Source: Mycobacteriales bacterium
GTDB taxonomy: Bacteria > Actinomycetota > Actinomycetes > Mycobacteriales > SCTD01
NCBI GenBank assembly: GCA_038230355.1
Contig: JBBRNK010000014.1
Location: 24,747-88,746, forward strand
DNA length: 64,000 nucleotides
Direction: 5' to 3'
Part shown: one piece after another, positions 17,625-25,699 of the stretch
How the letters are laid out: each line of letters begins with the position of its first letter
Numbering within the stretch: position 1 is the stretch's first letter
Program-made: the position numbers and the translations under genes
Notes under the pieces: generated by a model
What the model was told of the DNA's origin: nothing
Databases searched by the model: none
Seen by the model: only the letters and a program-made list of their open reading frames with translations

Positions 17625-18577
17625 TGGACCCGCTCGACCTCCCGCCCACCGACCGCGTTCTCGACGTCGTCATCGACACCGACCCGCTCAACGAGGTTGA
17701 TGACCAGTTCGCCATCGCCTGGGCCCTGCTGCGCCCTGACCGGCTCAACGTCCGGGCCCTGCTCGCCGCGCCGTGGGTCAGCGACGAGCAGGTCTACGCG
17801 AGCACCGACCCAACGGTCGACGCACCACGGCACGAGCAGGCCACCCGACCGGCAGTGGCCCCAGCCGAGGGCGTCGCGCGTGCCACCGCTGAGCTCCACC
17901 GCCTCGTCGAGCTGACCGGCAGCGGGGCAGCCGTCCACCAGGGTGCTGACCGGTTCATGACCGGGCCGGGACAGCCGGTCACCAGCGCCGCGACCGAGGC
18001 CCTCATCGCCCTCGCCCACGAGCCGCGCACCGGGCCCCTGTACGTCGTGGGGATCGCCTGCGCGACGAACCTGGCCAGCGCCCTGCTCCTGGATCCGAGC
18101 ATCGCCGACCGGATCTGCGTCGTGTGGACCAGCGCGCACCCGACGTTCTGGCCGCGGCCGACCGCGTCGTACAACCTGTCATTGGACCTGGTGGCGTCGC
18201 GGGTGCTCTTCGACTGCGGCGTGCCGCTCGTCTACCTGCCCGGCTACTACGTCGGGGAGGAGCTGCGGACGACGCGGGCGGAGCTGGCTGACCACGTCCG
18301 CGGTCGAGGACCAGTCGGCGACTACCTGTGGCAGACCTGGGAGAGCCACTGGATGACGCGGACGCGGCGGCCCGGGTTCAGCAAGGTGATCTGGGACCTG
18401 CTCAACATCGCCTACCTCGTCGAACCCGCGTGGCTGGCGACCGACCTGGTCGACTCGCCTGTGCTCGACGACGAGCTGCGCTGGCAGCACCCTCCCGGTC
18501 GGCACCAGATCCGGGAGGCGTACGACGTCGACCGCGACGCCGTCTTCGGCGACCTGTTCCGCGTCCTCGCCGGCTAG
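17624..18577 (+). CDS. nucleoside hydrolase-like protein
   Basis: ATG overlaps the ATPase stop (TGATG). The N-terminal Asp cluster VVIDTDPLNEVDDQFAI resembles the IU-nucleoside hydrolase DxDxxxDD motif but has a 5-residue spacer. Confidence 0.7.
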   Translation: MDPLDLPPTDRVLDVVIDTDPLNEVDDQFAIAWALLRPDRLNVRALLAAPWVSDEQVYASTDPTVDAPRHEQATRPAVAPAEGVARATAELHRLVELTGSGAAVHQGADRFMTGPGQPVTSAATEALIALAHEPRTGPLYVVGIACATNLASALLLDPSIADRICVVWTSAHPTFWPRPTASYNLSLDLVASRVLFDCGVPLVYLPGYYVGEELRTTRAELADHVRGRGPVGDYLWQTWESHWMTRTRRPGFSKVIWDLLNIAYLVEPAWLATDLVDSPVLDDELRWQHPPGRHQIREAYDVDRDAVFGDLFRVLAG

Positions 18578-19281
18578 CGCACGAGGCTCAGGGCGACCTC
18601 GAAGGTCGCGTCGTTGGCGCGCTGCTGGGCAGCCACCTCGACCTTGCTGAACGACTCCGTCCACGACCGCCCAGGCAGCTCGTCCCAGACGAAGAGCAAC
18701 GACACCGCCTGTGCGCCATGGCAACTGGCCGCCGAGAACACCGCGCTGGTCTCCATGTCGACGCCCAGGTGTCCCGCCTCGTTCCAACGGGTGAGCAGCT
18801 CCGGGGGCTGCGCGAGCAGCGCGTCCGTCGAGACGGTCGGGCCGACGTGGACGCGCACGGGACCGAAGGACACGGCCGCCCGTGCGACCAGGTCGGGCGT
18901 CGGCAGCGACGTACCCGAGGAGCCGTAGTACTGGGAGGCGCCCTCACCGATCGTGGCGCGCGAGGAGACGACCACGTCGCCGGTGGGGATCCCGAACCCG
19001 CCGCACGAACCGATCTGCACCACCCGGGGGGTGCCGCACGTCACGAGCACCTGCACCGGCTCGACCGCGCGGGCCGCGCCGTAGGCCGGGCAGTAGGCGA
19101 CGGGGACCCCGTCGAGACGTCCCCACCACAGGTCGGGCATCCCGGTCTCCCGGACGTCCGTCAGATAGGGCAGCCGCTTGTCGAGCGCTTTCGCGCGCCA
19201 CCAGGTGCCCTCGCAGACGAGCAGCTGCGGCACCTCATCCTCGCCGAGGCCGAGCAGGCTCAGCCATCCCGCGCGGTCCAC
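18574..19281 (-). CDS. nucleoside phosphorylase family 1 (PNP/UDP/MTAP-like) protein
   Basis: GSCGG and GVDMETSAV motifs. GTG 19281 is chosen as start. The ORF is open to 19467, but that extension is Cys/Pro/Arg-rich and unlike the family. Confidence 0.7.
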   Translation of the reverse strand: MDRAGWLSLLGLGEDEVPQLLVCEGTWWRAKALDKRLPYLTDVRETGMPDLWWGRLDGVPVAYCPAYGAARAVEPVQVLVTCGTPRVVQIGSCGGFGIPTGDVVVSSRATIGEGASQYYGSSGTSLPTPDLVARAAVSFGPVRVHVGPTVSTDALLAQPPELLTRWNEAGHLGVDMETSAVFSAASCHGAQAVSLLFVWDELPGRSWTESFSKVEVAAQQRANDATFEVALSLVR

Positions 19282-19471
19282 GCGACACAACCTACTGTTC
19301 GCCGGCGCGCGACAGGGCCATGCTGGCGGGCGTCCGCCCTGGTCGAAGGCTGCCCCAACTGGCCGACGGACACAGACCGAGGAAAGTCCGCCCGGCGCCA
19401 CCTCCGCCGACCACGGGCAGGACAGAACCTTGCAGCAGTCCCAGCCAGGCCAGCCTGGGCCCAGCAAAGGC

Positions 19472-19789
19472 CTAGCAGGGCTTGATCTTGGCTATCTCGG
19501 CAGCGTTGTCCGCCATGAGCTGCAGGCGATGAGCAAGCGCGGACAACGAGCTGGGCCGCAGGATGTAAACGGTCACCCGCTCGCACACAGTGGAGGTCAC
19601 GAGGCCCGCGTCGCGTAGCACCTTGAGATGATGGGAGACCAGAGGTTGCGACATGTCGAGTTGCTTGGACAGGTCGCGCTGGGACCGGTAGCCGAGTTCG
19701 AGCAGGCGCACCATGTCGGCGCGACGTGGCTCGGCGAGGGCGGCAAGAACCGCTCCGGAGTCGAGCTGCGAGGCGGCCATCAGCTGCAC
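19472..19789 (-). CDS. ArsR/SmtB-family transcriptional regulator
   Basis: 105 aa. LAEPRRADMVRLL...SQPLVSHHLKVLRDAGLV is a typical ArsR wHTH. Confidence 0.9.
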   Translation of the reverse strand: MQLMAASQLDSGAVLAALAEPRRADMVRLLELGYRSQRDLSKQLDMSQPLVSHHLKVLRDAGLVTSTVCERVTVYILRPSSLSALAHRLQLMADNAAEIAKIKPC

Positions 19790-19869
19790 GCGCGCCGGGT
19801 GGTGACCGGCATGGGTGGCACGGACGAGCTCATGGCGGCGAAGGGGAGCAACGGGGGCACACGCCCACT

Positions 19870-19886
19870 GTCGCGACCTTCGCGAC
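19870..19886. promoter_or_regulatory. 7-3-7 inverted repeat GTCGCGA-CCT-TCGCGAC upstream of arsR-like gene (candidate operator)
   Basis: Perfect inverted repeat read directly from the sequence, 81-97 nt upstream of the ArsR start at 19789. Confidence 0.25.
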
Positions 19887-19973
19887 GTTCGTCAAAGGCG
19901 GCCTGATGGGAGGCGCGCTCGTCAGCCGGTGGCACAGTCCATCTGCGGCCCCCGACAACGACTGGCGGGTAGG

Positions 19974-20735
19974 TCAGCGACTCAAGACGATCCGACGAAG
20001 GGGGACCGCGACCCGGTGGCCGACCCAGTTCGCCACCACCCGGCGGGCCGCGGCCAGCCGTTCAGGCGCGACCTCGGGAAGGTAGAGGGAGTCAAGCAGC
20101 AGATCCGCGCGGGCGGCCGTGTCGACGTCGAACGTGAACGCGCGGGCACTGTCGTCGACGACGCGAAGGCCGGCTACGTCAGGGAAGTCGACCAGCTCGG
20201 CATCGTTGGGGTAGCCCAGTCCACGGACCCGAAGTGCCACCAGGAGCCGCCCGTAGCGCAGCACGTCTGCGAGCGGGAGCGGCCCCGTGGCTGGCAGGGT
20301 CGCCACAAGCACACCACCGGGACGTAGAACCCGGCTGACCTCCACCAGGGTCTCGCGCAGCGGCACCAGCATCAGCGCCATCGACACGACGACCGCGTCG
20401 ATGCAGGCATCTGGCAGTGGCAGTCGCGTCGCGTCGGCCCGGACGACCGGGACACCGCGGGTCGCCGCGCGGGCCAGCTCCGCCGCCGACAGGTCGATCC
20501 CGACGTACGAGGTGGGGGTGAGCTCATCACGCAGCGGGGCGCTGCCGCAGCACAGGTCCAGGACCCGCCCCCCGGCAGGGACAGCCTGACCGGCCCAGGC
20601 GTAGGGCGTGAGGCCAGCTGCGAAGGCAAGCGACAGCAGGTCCTCGGTGATGCCCGGCCGCTCCTGGTGGAAGCCCGCGACATAGCCGGCCCAGTCGGTC
20701 ATGGGATCAGCAGCTGGTCTCGGAAGCCATGGCAA
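19974..20735 (-). CDS. class I SAM-dependent methyltransferase
   Basis: 253 aa. Motif I VLDLCCGSAPL, then post-I IDLS and a later GGVLV. Confidence 0.8.
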   Translation of the reverse strand: MPWLPRPAADPMTDWAGYVAGFHQERPGITEDLLSLAFAAGLTPYAWAGQAVPAGGRVLDLCCGSAPLRDELTPTSYVGIDLSAAELARAATRGVPVVRADATRLPLPDACIDAVVVSMALMLVPLRETLVEVSRVLRPGGVLVATLPATGPLPLADVLRYGRLLVALRVRGLGYPNDAELVDFPDVAGLRVVDDSARAFTFDVDTAARADLLLDSLYLPEVAPERLAAARRVVANWVGHRVAVPLRRIVLSR

Positions 20736-20745
20736 TGGTCACGAG

Positions 20746-22161
20746 CTACCCCCCGAGCCGGGTCACGACATGCTTGACCCGGGTGTAGTCCCGCAGGCTG
20801 TACGCCGACAGGTCACTCCCCCAGCCGCTGCTTGCGTAGCCCCCGTGGGGCATCTCGCAGGCCAGCACCGAGTGGCAGTTCACCCAGACCGCACCGAAGT
20901 CGAGGGCCTTCGCGCAGCGGGCCGCGGCGCTCGCCGAGGTCGTCCAGACCGACGCCGCCAGGCCGTAGTCGGTGGCGGCCGCCGTACTCAGGGCTTCGGC
21001 CTCGTCGGCGACCTGCGTCACCGAGACGACCGGACCGAAGACCTCCTCGCGGGCCAGCTCGTCCTCGGGCCGCACGCCCACGACGACGGTTGGAGGGTAG
21101 AAGAAACCGGCCCGGTCCAGCGGCGCGCCACCGGCGACGACCTCGACGTGGGGGCCGCGGCGGTCGACCAGCCCGGCAACCCTGGCCAGCTGGCTCGCGT
21201 TGTTGAGGGCTCCGTAGTAGCCGCCCTCATCGGGGCCGCCGGTCCGCATGGCCTTGGCGCCGGCGGCCAGCCGCTCCACGAGGGCGTCGTGGATCCCCTC
21301 GGAGGCAAGGACTTTCGTCGCTGCCGTGCACGACTGACCTGCGTTGTAGTAGCCGATGTCGAGGATCCCCTGAACGGTCAGGTCGAGGTCGGCGTCGTCG
21401 AGGACGAGCACCGGAGCCTTGCCTCCGAGCTCGAGGTGCAGCCGCTTGAGTCCCACAGCCGAGGCCGCCACGACCTCGCGGCCGGCACGTACCGACCCGG
21501 TCAGGGCGACCATCGCCGGCACCGGGTGGCGGACCATCGCCTCACCCGTACCCCGGTTGCCGCAGACGACGTTGAGGACGCCGGGAGGCAGGTGCTCAGC
21601 GCCGAGCTCGGCCAGCATGAGCGGCGTGACCGGGGTCGTCTCGGCGCTCTTGAGGACCACGGTGTTGCCCGCCGCGACGGCGGGGGCCCACTTCCAGGTG
21701 GCCATCATGAGCGGGTAGTTCCAGGGCGTGATCTGCGCGACGACCCCGACCGGCTCGCGGCGCATCACGCTGGTGAAGCCGACGACGTACTCCCCGCTCG
21801 CAATGCCCTCAGGCGCCCTGGACTGCCCTGCGGCGGACCGGATCACATCCAGGACGTGAGGCATCTCGGCCCGCATCGCCTCCCGGGGCTTGCCGGTGTT
21901 GCGGCACTCGGCGTCGACGAACTCCTCGGCCCTGTCCTCGAGGGCCTGCGCCAGCCGGAGCAGGGCCAACATCCGCGCCGAGGGCGGGGTGTCCCGCCAG
22001 CCGGGGAAGGCGGCGGCAGCGGCGGCGAACGCTCCGTCGAGGTCCTCCGGGCCCGCCACCGGCGCGACGTCGTAGCCCCGTCCGGTTGCCGGGTCGAGGA
22101 TCTCGGTGGTCGCTGCGGCCAGGGGGGTCCGGCGAGATCCGCCGTAGAAGTGATGGAGCAC
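20746..22161 (-). CDS. NAD(P)-dependent aldehyde dehydrogenase
   Basis: 471 aa. ITPWNYP, ELGGKAP and catalytic Cys in NAGQSCTA. Confidence 0.9.
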   Translation of the reverse strand: MLHHFYGGSRRTPLAAATTEILDPATGRGYDVAPVAGPEDLDGAFAAAAAAFPGWRDTPPSARMLALLRLAQALEDRAEEFVDAECRNTGKPREAMRAEMPHVLDVIRSAAGQSRAPEGIASGEYVVGFTSVMRREPVGVVAQITPWNYPLMMATWKWAPAVAAGNTVVLKSAETTPVTPLMLAELGAEHLPPGVLNVVCGNRGTGEAMVRHPVPAMVALTGSVRAGREVVAASAVGLKRLHLELGGKAPVLVLDDADLDLTVQGILDIGYYNAGQSCTAATKVLASEGIHDALVERLAAGAKAMRTGGPDEGGYYGALNNASQLARVAGLVDRRGPHVEVVAGGAPLDRAGFFYPPTVVVGVRPEDELAREEVFGPVVSVTQVADEAEALSTAAATDYGLAASVWTTSASAAARCAKALDFGAVWVNCHSVLACEMPHGGYASSGWGSDLSAYSLRDYTRVKHVVTRLGG

Positions 22162-22170
22162 GTACCGACT

Positions 22171-23712
22171 CTAGGTCCGGGCTCGCAGGGCCTGCTTGTC
22201 GGTCTTCCCGACGCCGTTGCGGGGGAGCGACTCGACCAGCTCGACGACCTTGGGGGCGGCGTAGTCGGCCATCCCCTCGCGGACCCACGCCCGCACCTCG
22301 GCAGGGGTCACGGGCGCACGCACGACGAGGTAGGCCGCGATGACCTCTCCCCCCAGCGCGTCGGGGATGCCGACAACGGCCGCGTCCTCGATGAGGGGGT
22401 GCCGTCGGAGCAGCTCCTCGAGCTCTGCCGAGAACACCTTCGTGCCACCGCGGTTGATCATGTCCTTGCTGCGGTCGAGGACCGTCACGAAGCCGTGCTC
22501 GCAGACCCGGACGATGTCGCCGGTGTCGAACCACCCGTCGATGATCGCGGCGGCGGTGGCCTCCCCGTCCCCTGCGTAGCCGGTCGTCACCAACGAGCCA
22601 CGCAGCCACAGCTCACCCGCTTCGCCTTCCCTGCAGGGCTTCCCGCTCTCGTCGCGGACCTCGGCCTGCATGCAGTCCAGTGGCCGGCCGACCGTCCCGG
22701 CGTGCTCGGCGAAGTCCTCGTCGCGCAGGATGCAGCCCGGCGAGTGCGTCTCGGACAAGCCATAGACGTCGTGCAGGCGCACGCCCGGCAGGGCAACCCG
22801 GAGCCCGTCCTGCAGGTCCAAGGGGAACGGCGCACCCCCGGCAGCCACCCGTGACAACCGTGGCAGGTCATCCAGGCCGGCCCGCAGGGCGAGCCGCCAC
22901 CAGCTCGGCACGGCGTAGGCCCAGGTGACGCCCTCCCGCCGCAGCAGCTCGACGTACTCGCGCGGACTCTGCGAGTCGACGAGCACCAACCGCGCACCGG
23001 CGAGCATCGCCGGCAGCACGTGGGCATGCATCGCCGAGATGTAATACATCGGAAACAGCACGGCCGTGACGTCGTCCGGGCCGAGGGACAGCACCCGCTG
23101 GTAGCTCATCCCGGAGTGCACCGACGCGCGATGCACGACCTGCGACGCCTTCGGCCGCCCCGTCGTCCCCGACGTGAACACCACCTGGTACGTCGCGTCC
23201 TCGGCAAGCCCCGACGGGCCTTCGGCCCAGGACCGCTCGGGTGCCTCCATCAGGACCGCCGCGAGCGGCTCGGCGCCCGAGAGGTGGTCCAGGAAGGGCT
23301 TGGACGCCAGCGTCAGCCGGGTCTTCATGTGCTCGACCATGTAGGACCATTGCGGCGGCGCGAGGCGGGTGTTCAGGCCCACCATCACACAGCCCACGCG
23401 GGCGCAGGCAAGCAGCAGCACGGCGAGGTCGACGGTGTTGCCACTTGCTACTGCGACGGCGACGCCGGGCTCTAGACCCCTGGCACGCAGGGAGTCGGCG
23501 GCGCGCTCGACCCGGTCGGCGAACTGCCGCCAGCTCAGGTGAAGGTCCCCGTCGGTCCAGCCCGGGCGGTCACCGTGCAGGCGCACCGCCCGGTCCAGGG
23601 CGTCGACGACGGTCGCCGGCCGTCGGGCGTACGACAGGGCAGGTGCACCAAGCCACTGCTCGATGGCGACCGGGTCGCCGGGTCGGTCGTCGAGGTCGTG
23701 GAGCGCTGCCAT
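22171..23712 (-). CDS. AMP-dependent synthetase/ligase
   Basis: 513 aa. FTSGTTGRPKAS, YGLSET, GWFDTGD and a C-terminal GKTDK. Confidence 0.85.
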   Translation of the reverse strand: MAALHDLDDRPGDPVAIEQWLGAPALSYARRPATVVDALDRAVRLHGDRPGWTDGDLHLSWRQFADRVERAADSLRARGLEPGVAVAVASGNTVDLAVLLLACARVGCVMVGLNTRLAPPQWSYMVEHMKTRLTLASKPFLDHLSGAEPLAAVLMEAPERSWAEGPSGLAEDATYQVVFTSGTTGRPKASQVVHRASVHSGMSYQRVLSLGPDDVTAVLFPMYYISAMHAHVLPAMLAGARLVLVDSQSPREYVELLRREGVTWAYAVPSWWRLALRAGLDDLPRLSRVAAGGAPFPLDLQDGLRVALPGVRLHDVYGLSETHSPGCILRDEDFAEHAGTVGRPLDCMQAEVRDESGKPCREGEAGELWLRGSLVTTGYAGDGEATAAAIIDGWFDTGDIVRVCEHGFVTVLDRSKDMINRGGTKVFSAELEELLRRHPLIEDAAVVGIPDALGGEVIAAYLVVRAPVTPAEVRAWVREGMADYAAPKVVELVESLPRNGVGKTDKQALRART

Positions 23713-23763
23713 GGCCGGTCAGTCTGCCAGGTCGAGTCGGTCGTCGGTGGTGGCGACGGAGGG

Positions 23764-24180
23764 TCAGGTGACGACCAGGTCCGCCTTCATGTTGCCGTGG
23801 AAGTCACAGGTGATCGAATACTTGCCTGGCTTCGCGGGCGCGGTGAGGGTGGCGGTGGCGCCGGGTTGGACGACGAGGCCCGGCATGCCCTTGAGGGTGA
23901 CCGTGTGCGCGGTTCCGTCGGCGTTCTTGACCATGACGGTGCTGCCGGCCTTGACCGAGGAGGGCACGGTGTACATGAAGTTCTTGATGGTGAGCACGGC
24001 AGCCGAGGCGGTGGCGGGTGCCGTCGTCTCGGTTGCCGGTGCGCTGGTGGTGGCCGACGTCGGGGCCGAGGCCGGGCTGCTGGCCGTGGGTGTGGTGGCG
24101 GTCGTGGTGCCGGAGCACCCGGCCAGCACGGCGGTCGCGGCGAGGGGGAGCAGGAGCGAGCTGAGCTGACGGGGCGTCAT
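23764..24180 (-). CDS. cupredoxin (plastocyanin/azurin-like) lipoprotein
   Basis: 138 aa from ATG 24180. Lipobox AVLAGCSG, a Thr/Ser/Pro/Ala linker, then type-1 Cu ligand pattern AHTV...CDFHGNM. Confidence 0.8.
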   Translation of the reverse strand: MTPRQLSSLLLPLAATAVLAGCSGTTTATTPTASSPASAPTSATTSAPATETTAPATASAAVLTIKNFMYTVPSSVKAGSTVMVKNADGTAHTVTLKGMPGLVVQPGATATLTAPAKPGKYSITCDFHGNMKADLVVT

Positions 24181-24203
24181 GGGGGCCTTTCGTGGGGGGC
24201 AGG

Positions 24204-24887
24204 TCAGAGCAGGTGTGCGAAAGCGACCACGTTGTCGAGGTAGTGACCGGTCTTTCTGTCGAAGCCGCCGCCGCAGGTGATCAGCCGCAACTCGGCGCGC
24301 TGGGTGGTGTCGCCGTAGACCGCGCTCGTCGGGAAGCGGTCCTTGGGGTAACGGGCGACCTTGTCCACCATGAAGCGTGCAGTGCTGCCGTCGGCGCGCC
24401 CGACGGTAACCGTCGCCCCGGGCCGGAGCGCCCCGAGCTGGTAGAAGATGCCGGGCCCGTTGGTGCTGTCGACGTGCCCGGCGATGACCGCGGGCCCGAA
24501 CTGGCCGGGGGCCGGCCCGTCGACGTACCAGCCGGCCTTGCCGAAGTCTGTGGGTACCTGCAGGCTGCCGTCGGCCTGCTTGCCGAGGTTGACGAGCGTC
24601 TTGCTGTCCACACCGATCGAGGCGATGGCGATGCTGACCGGGCGCGACCGGCTCAGGGTCTTGGCCGAGAAGCCGATGGCGTCCCGGGTGGTCCCCGACG
24701 TGGGTGGCGTGCCGGGGGCGCTGGGACCGGATGTGCTGGACGAAGCCGCGACCGGCGGCTGCGGCGGACCGCCACTGGGTTGTAGCCCCACGATGACCGC
24801 GGTCGTGCCGGCGACCCCGAGCGTGACCGTCACGGCCGCCGCGGCAAGTACACCGCGGCGGCCGTGGGGGGTTGCGAGAGTGCTCAC
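24204..24887 (-). CDS. class F sortase
   Basis: 227 aa. N-terminal TM anchor, Pro/Ser linker, His context VIAGHVD, active-site LRLITCGG. Its GTG start shares 1 nt with the upstream CHRD gene's stop (TAGTG). Confidence 0.8.
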   Translation of the reverse strand: MSTLATPHGRRGVLAAAAVTVTLGVAGTTAVIVGLQPSGGPPQPPVAASSSTSGPSAPGTPPTSGTTRDAIGFSAKTLSRSRPVSIAIASIGVDSKTLVNLGKQADGSLQVPTDFGKAGWYVDGPAPGQFGPAVIAGHVDSTNGPGIFYQLGALRPGATVTVGRADGSTARFMVDKVARYPKDRFPTSAVYGDTTQRAELRLITCGGGFDRKTGHYLDNVVAFAHLL

Positions 24888-25624
24888 TAGCTCCGGGCGC
24901 GGCGGGCAGCGAAAGCGCCCGTGCCGGCTGCGGCGAGCAGGCCGATGCCACCAAGGGCGAGCAGGCCCTCGTTCTGCGTCGGGGCGGTGCCACCGGCACC
25001 AGTGCCGGCGCCACCGGACGGCGACGCGGACAGCACGCCGCAGATCGCCGGGTCAGTGGCGGACGCGGGCAGCGCCGGGTTCAGGTCGCTCTTGGCCTGC
25101 GCCTTGGCACCGGTGTAGGAGACGCCGTGCACGACGACCAGGGCCTGGCCCTTCTCGATGGCGGTAGCGATCTCGGGAGCAACCGTGACGCCGCCCCGCA
25201 TGTACTGAATGCTGGTGCCGGAACCGAAGCGGTCCACGGCCAGCCCGCTGGTCGGGCTGGTGTCACCGGTCTTGGTCAGCGACACGACGACGGCACCATA
25301 TGCCGGGCCGCCCTCGGTCGTGCTCAAGCGGCCGTCGCCGTCCTTCTCATCGGACACGGCGGGGCACTCGTGACGGGCATCGGCGCCGAAGTGGATGTGG
25401 GCAGCGTGCGGACCGGCCGCCAGGCCGGAGGCGGCCAGCGTGAACTCGATCTTGTTGCCGGTGACGGTGACCATCGCCGTGCCGCTGCCGTTGGAGCCGT
25501 TCACGACGACAGGTGTGAGGTTGGCGGTGGCACTGCCATCGGCCCACGCCGTGCCGACACCGACGAAGGGGAGAGAAAGGGGAAGGGCGAGGACGAGCGG
25601 GGCAAGTCTCATCGAGCGGCGCAT
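24887..25624 (-). CDS. secreted CHRD-domain protein with C-terminal hydrophobic/basic anchor
   Basis: Signal peptide ...GVGTAWA/DGS. CHRD-like GPHAAHIHFG. C-terminal GLLALGGIGLLAAAGTGAFAARRARS is a sorting-signal-like tail, but no LPXTG precedes it. Alternative start at 25612. Confidence 0.7.
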   Translation of the reverse strand: MRRSMRLAPLVLALPLSLPFVGVGTAWADGSATANLTPVVVNGSNGSGTAMVTVTGNKIEFTLAASGLAAGPHAAHIHFGADARHECPAVSDEKDGDGRLSTTEGGPAYGAVVVSLTKTGDTSPTSGLAVDRFGSGTSIQYMRGGVTVAPEIATAIEKGQALVVVHGVSYTGAKAQAKSDLNPALPASATDPAICGVLSASPSGGAGTGAGGTAPTQNEGLLALGGIGLLAAAGTGAFAARRARS

Positions 25625-25699
25625 CTGTGCTCCAAAGTCGTGACGTGACAGCCGCTTCAGGCGGCCGTCTGAGTAGTTCTTCGCACCTACCCCCTGTTG

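Noticed and set aside
20701-22854. 717-aa ORF on the plus strand
   Set aside because: It is antisense to the aldehyde dehydrogenase and AMP-ligase genes, both of which carry clear catalytic motifs. Low-complexity R/G/P/D composition marks it as a shadow ORF.
24181-25014. 5' extension of the cupredoxin ORF (computed 23764..25014, 416 aa)
   Set aside because: The extension overlaps the sortase gene in another frame and is Arg/Pro/Gly-rich. A proper lipoprotein signal peptide begins at ATG 24180.
24887-25070. LPASATD in the CHRD protein as the sortase motif
   Set aside because: It lies about 60 residues from the C-terminus, with a long Gly/Ser/Ala spacer before the hydrophobic anchor. Genuine sorting motifs sit immediately before the TM segment. 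I kept it only as a remark inside the sortase finding.
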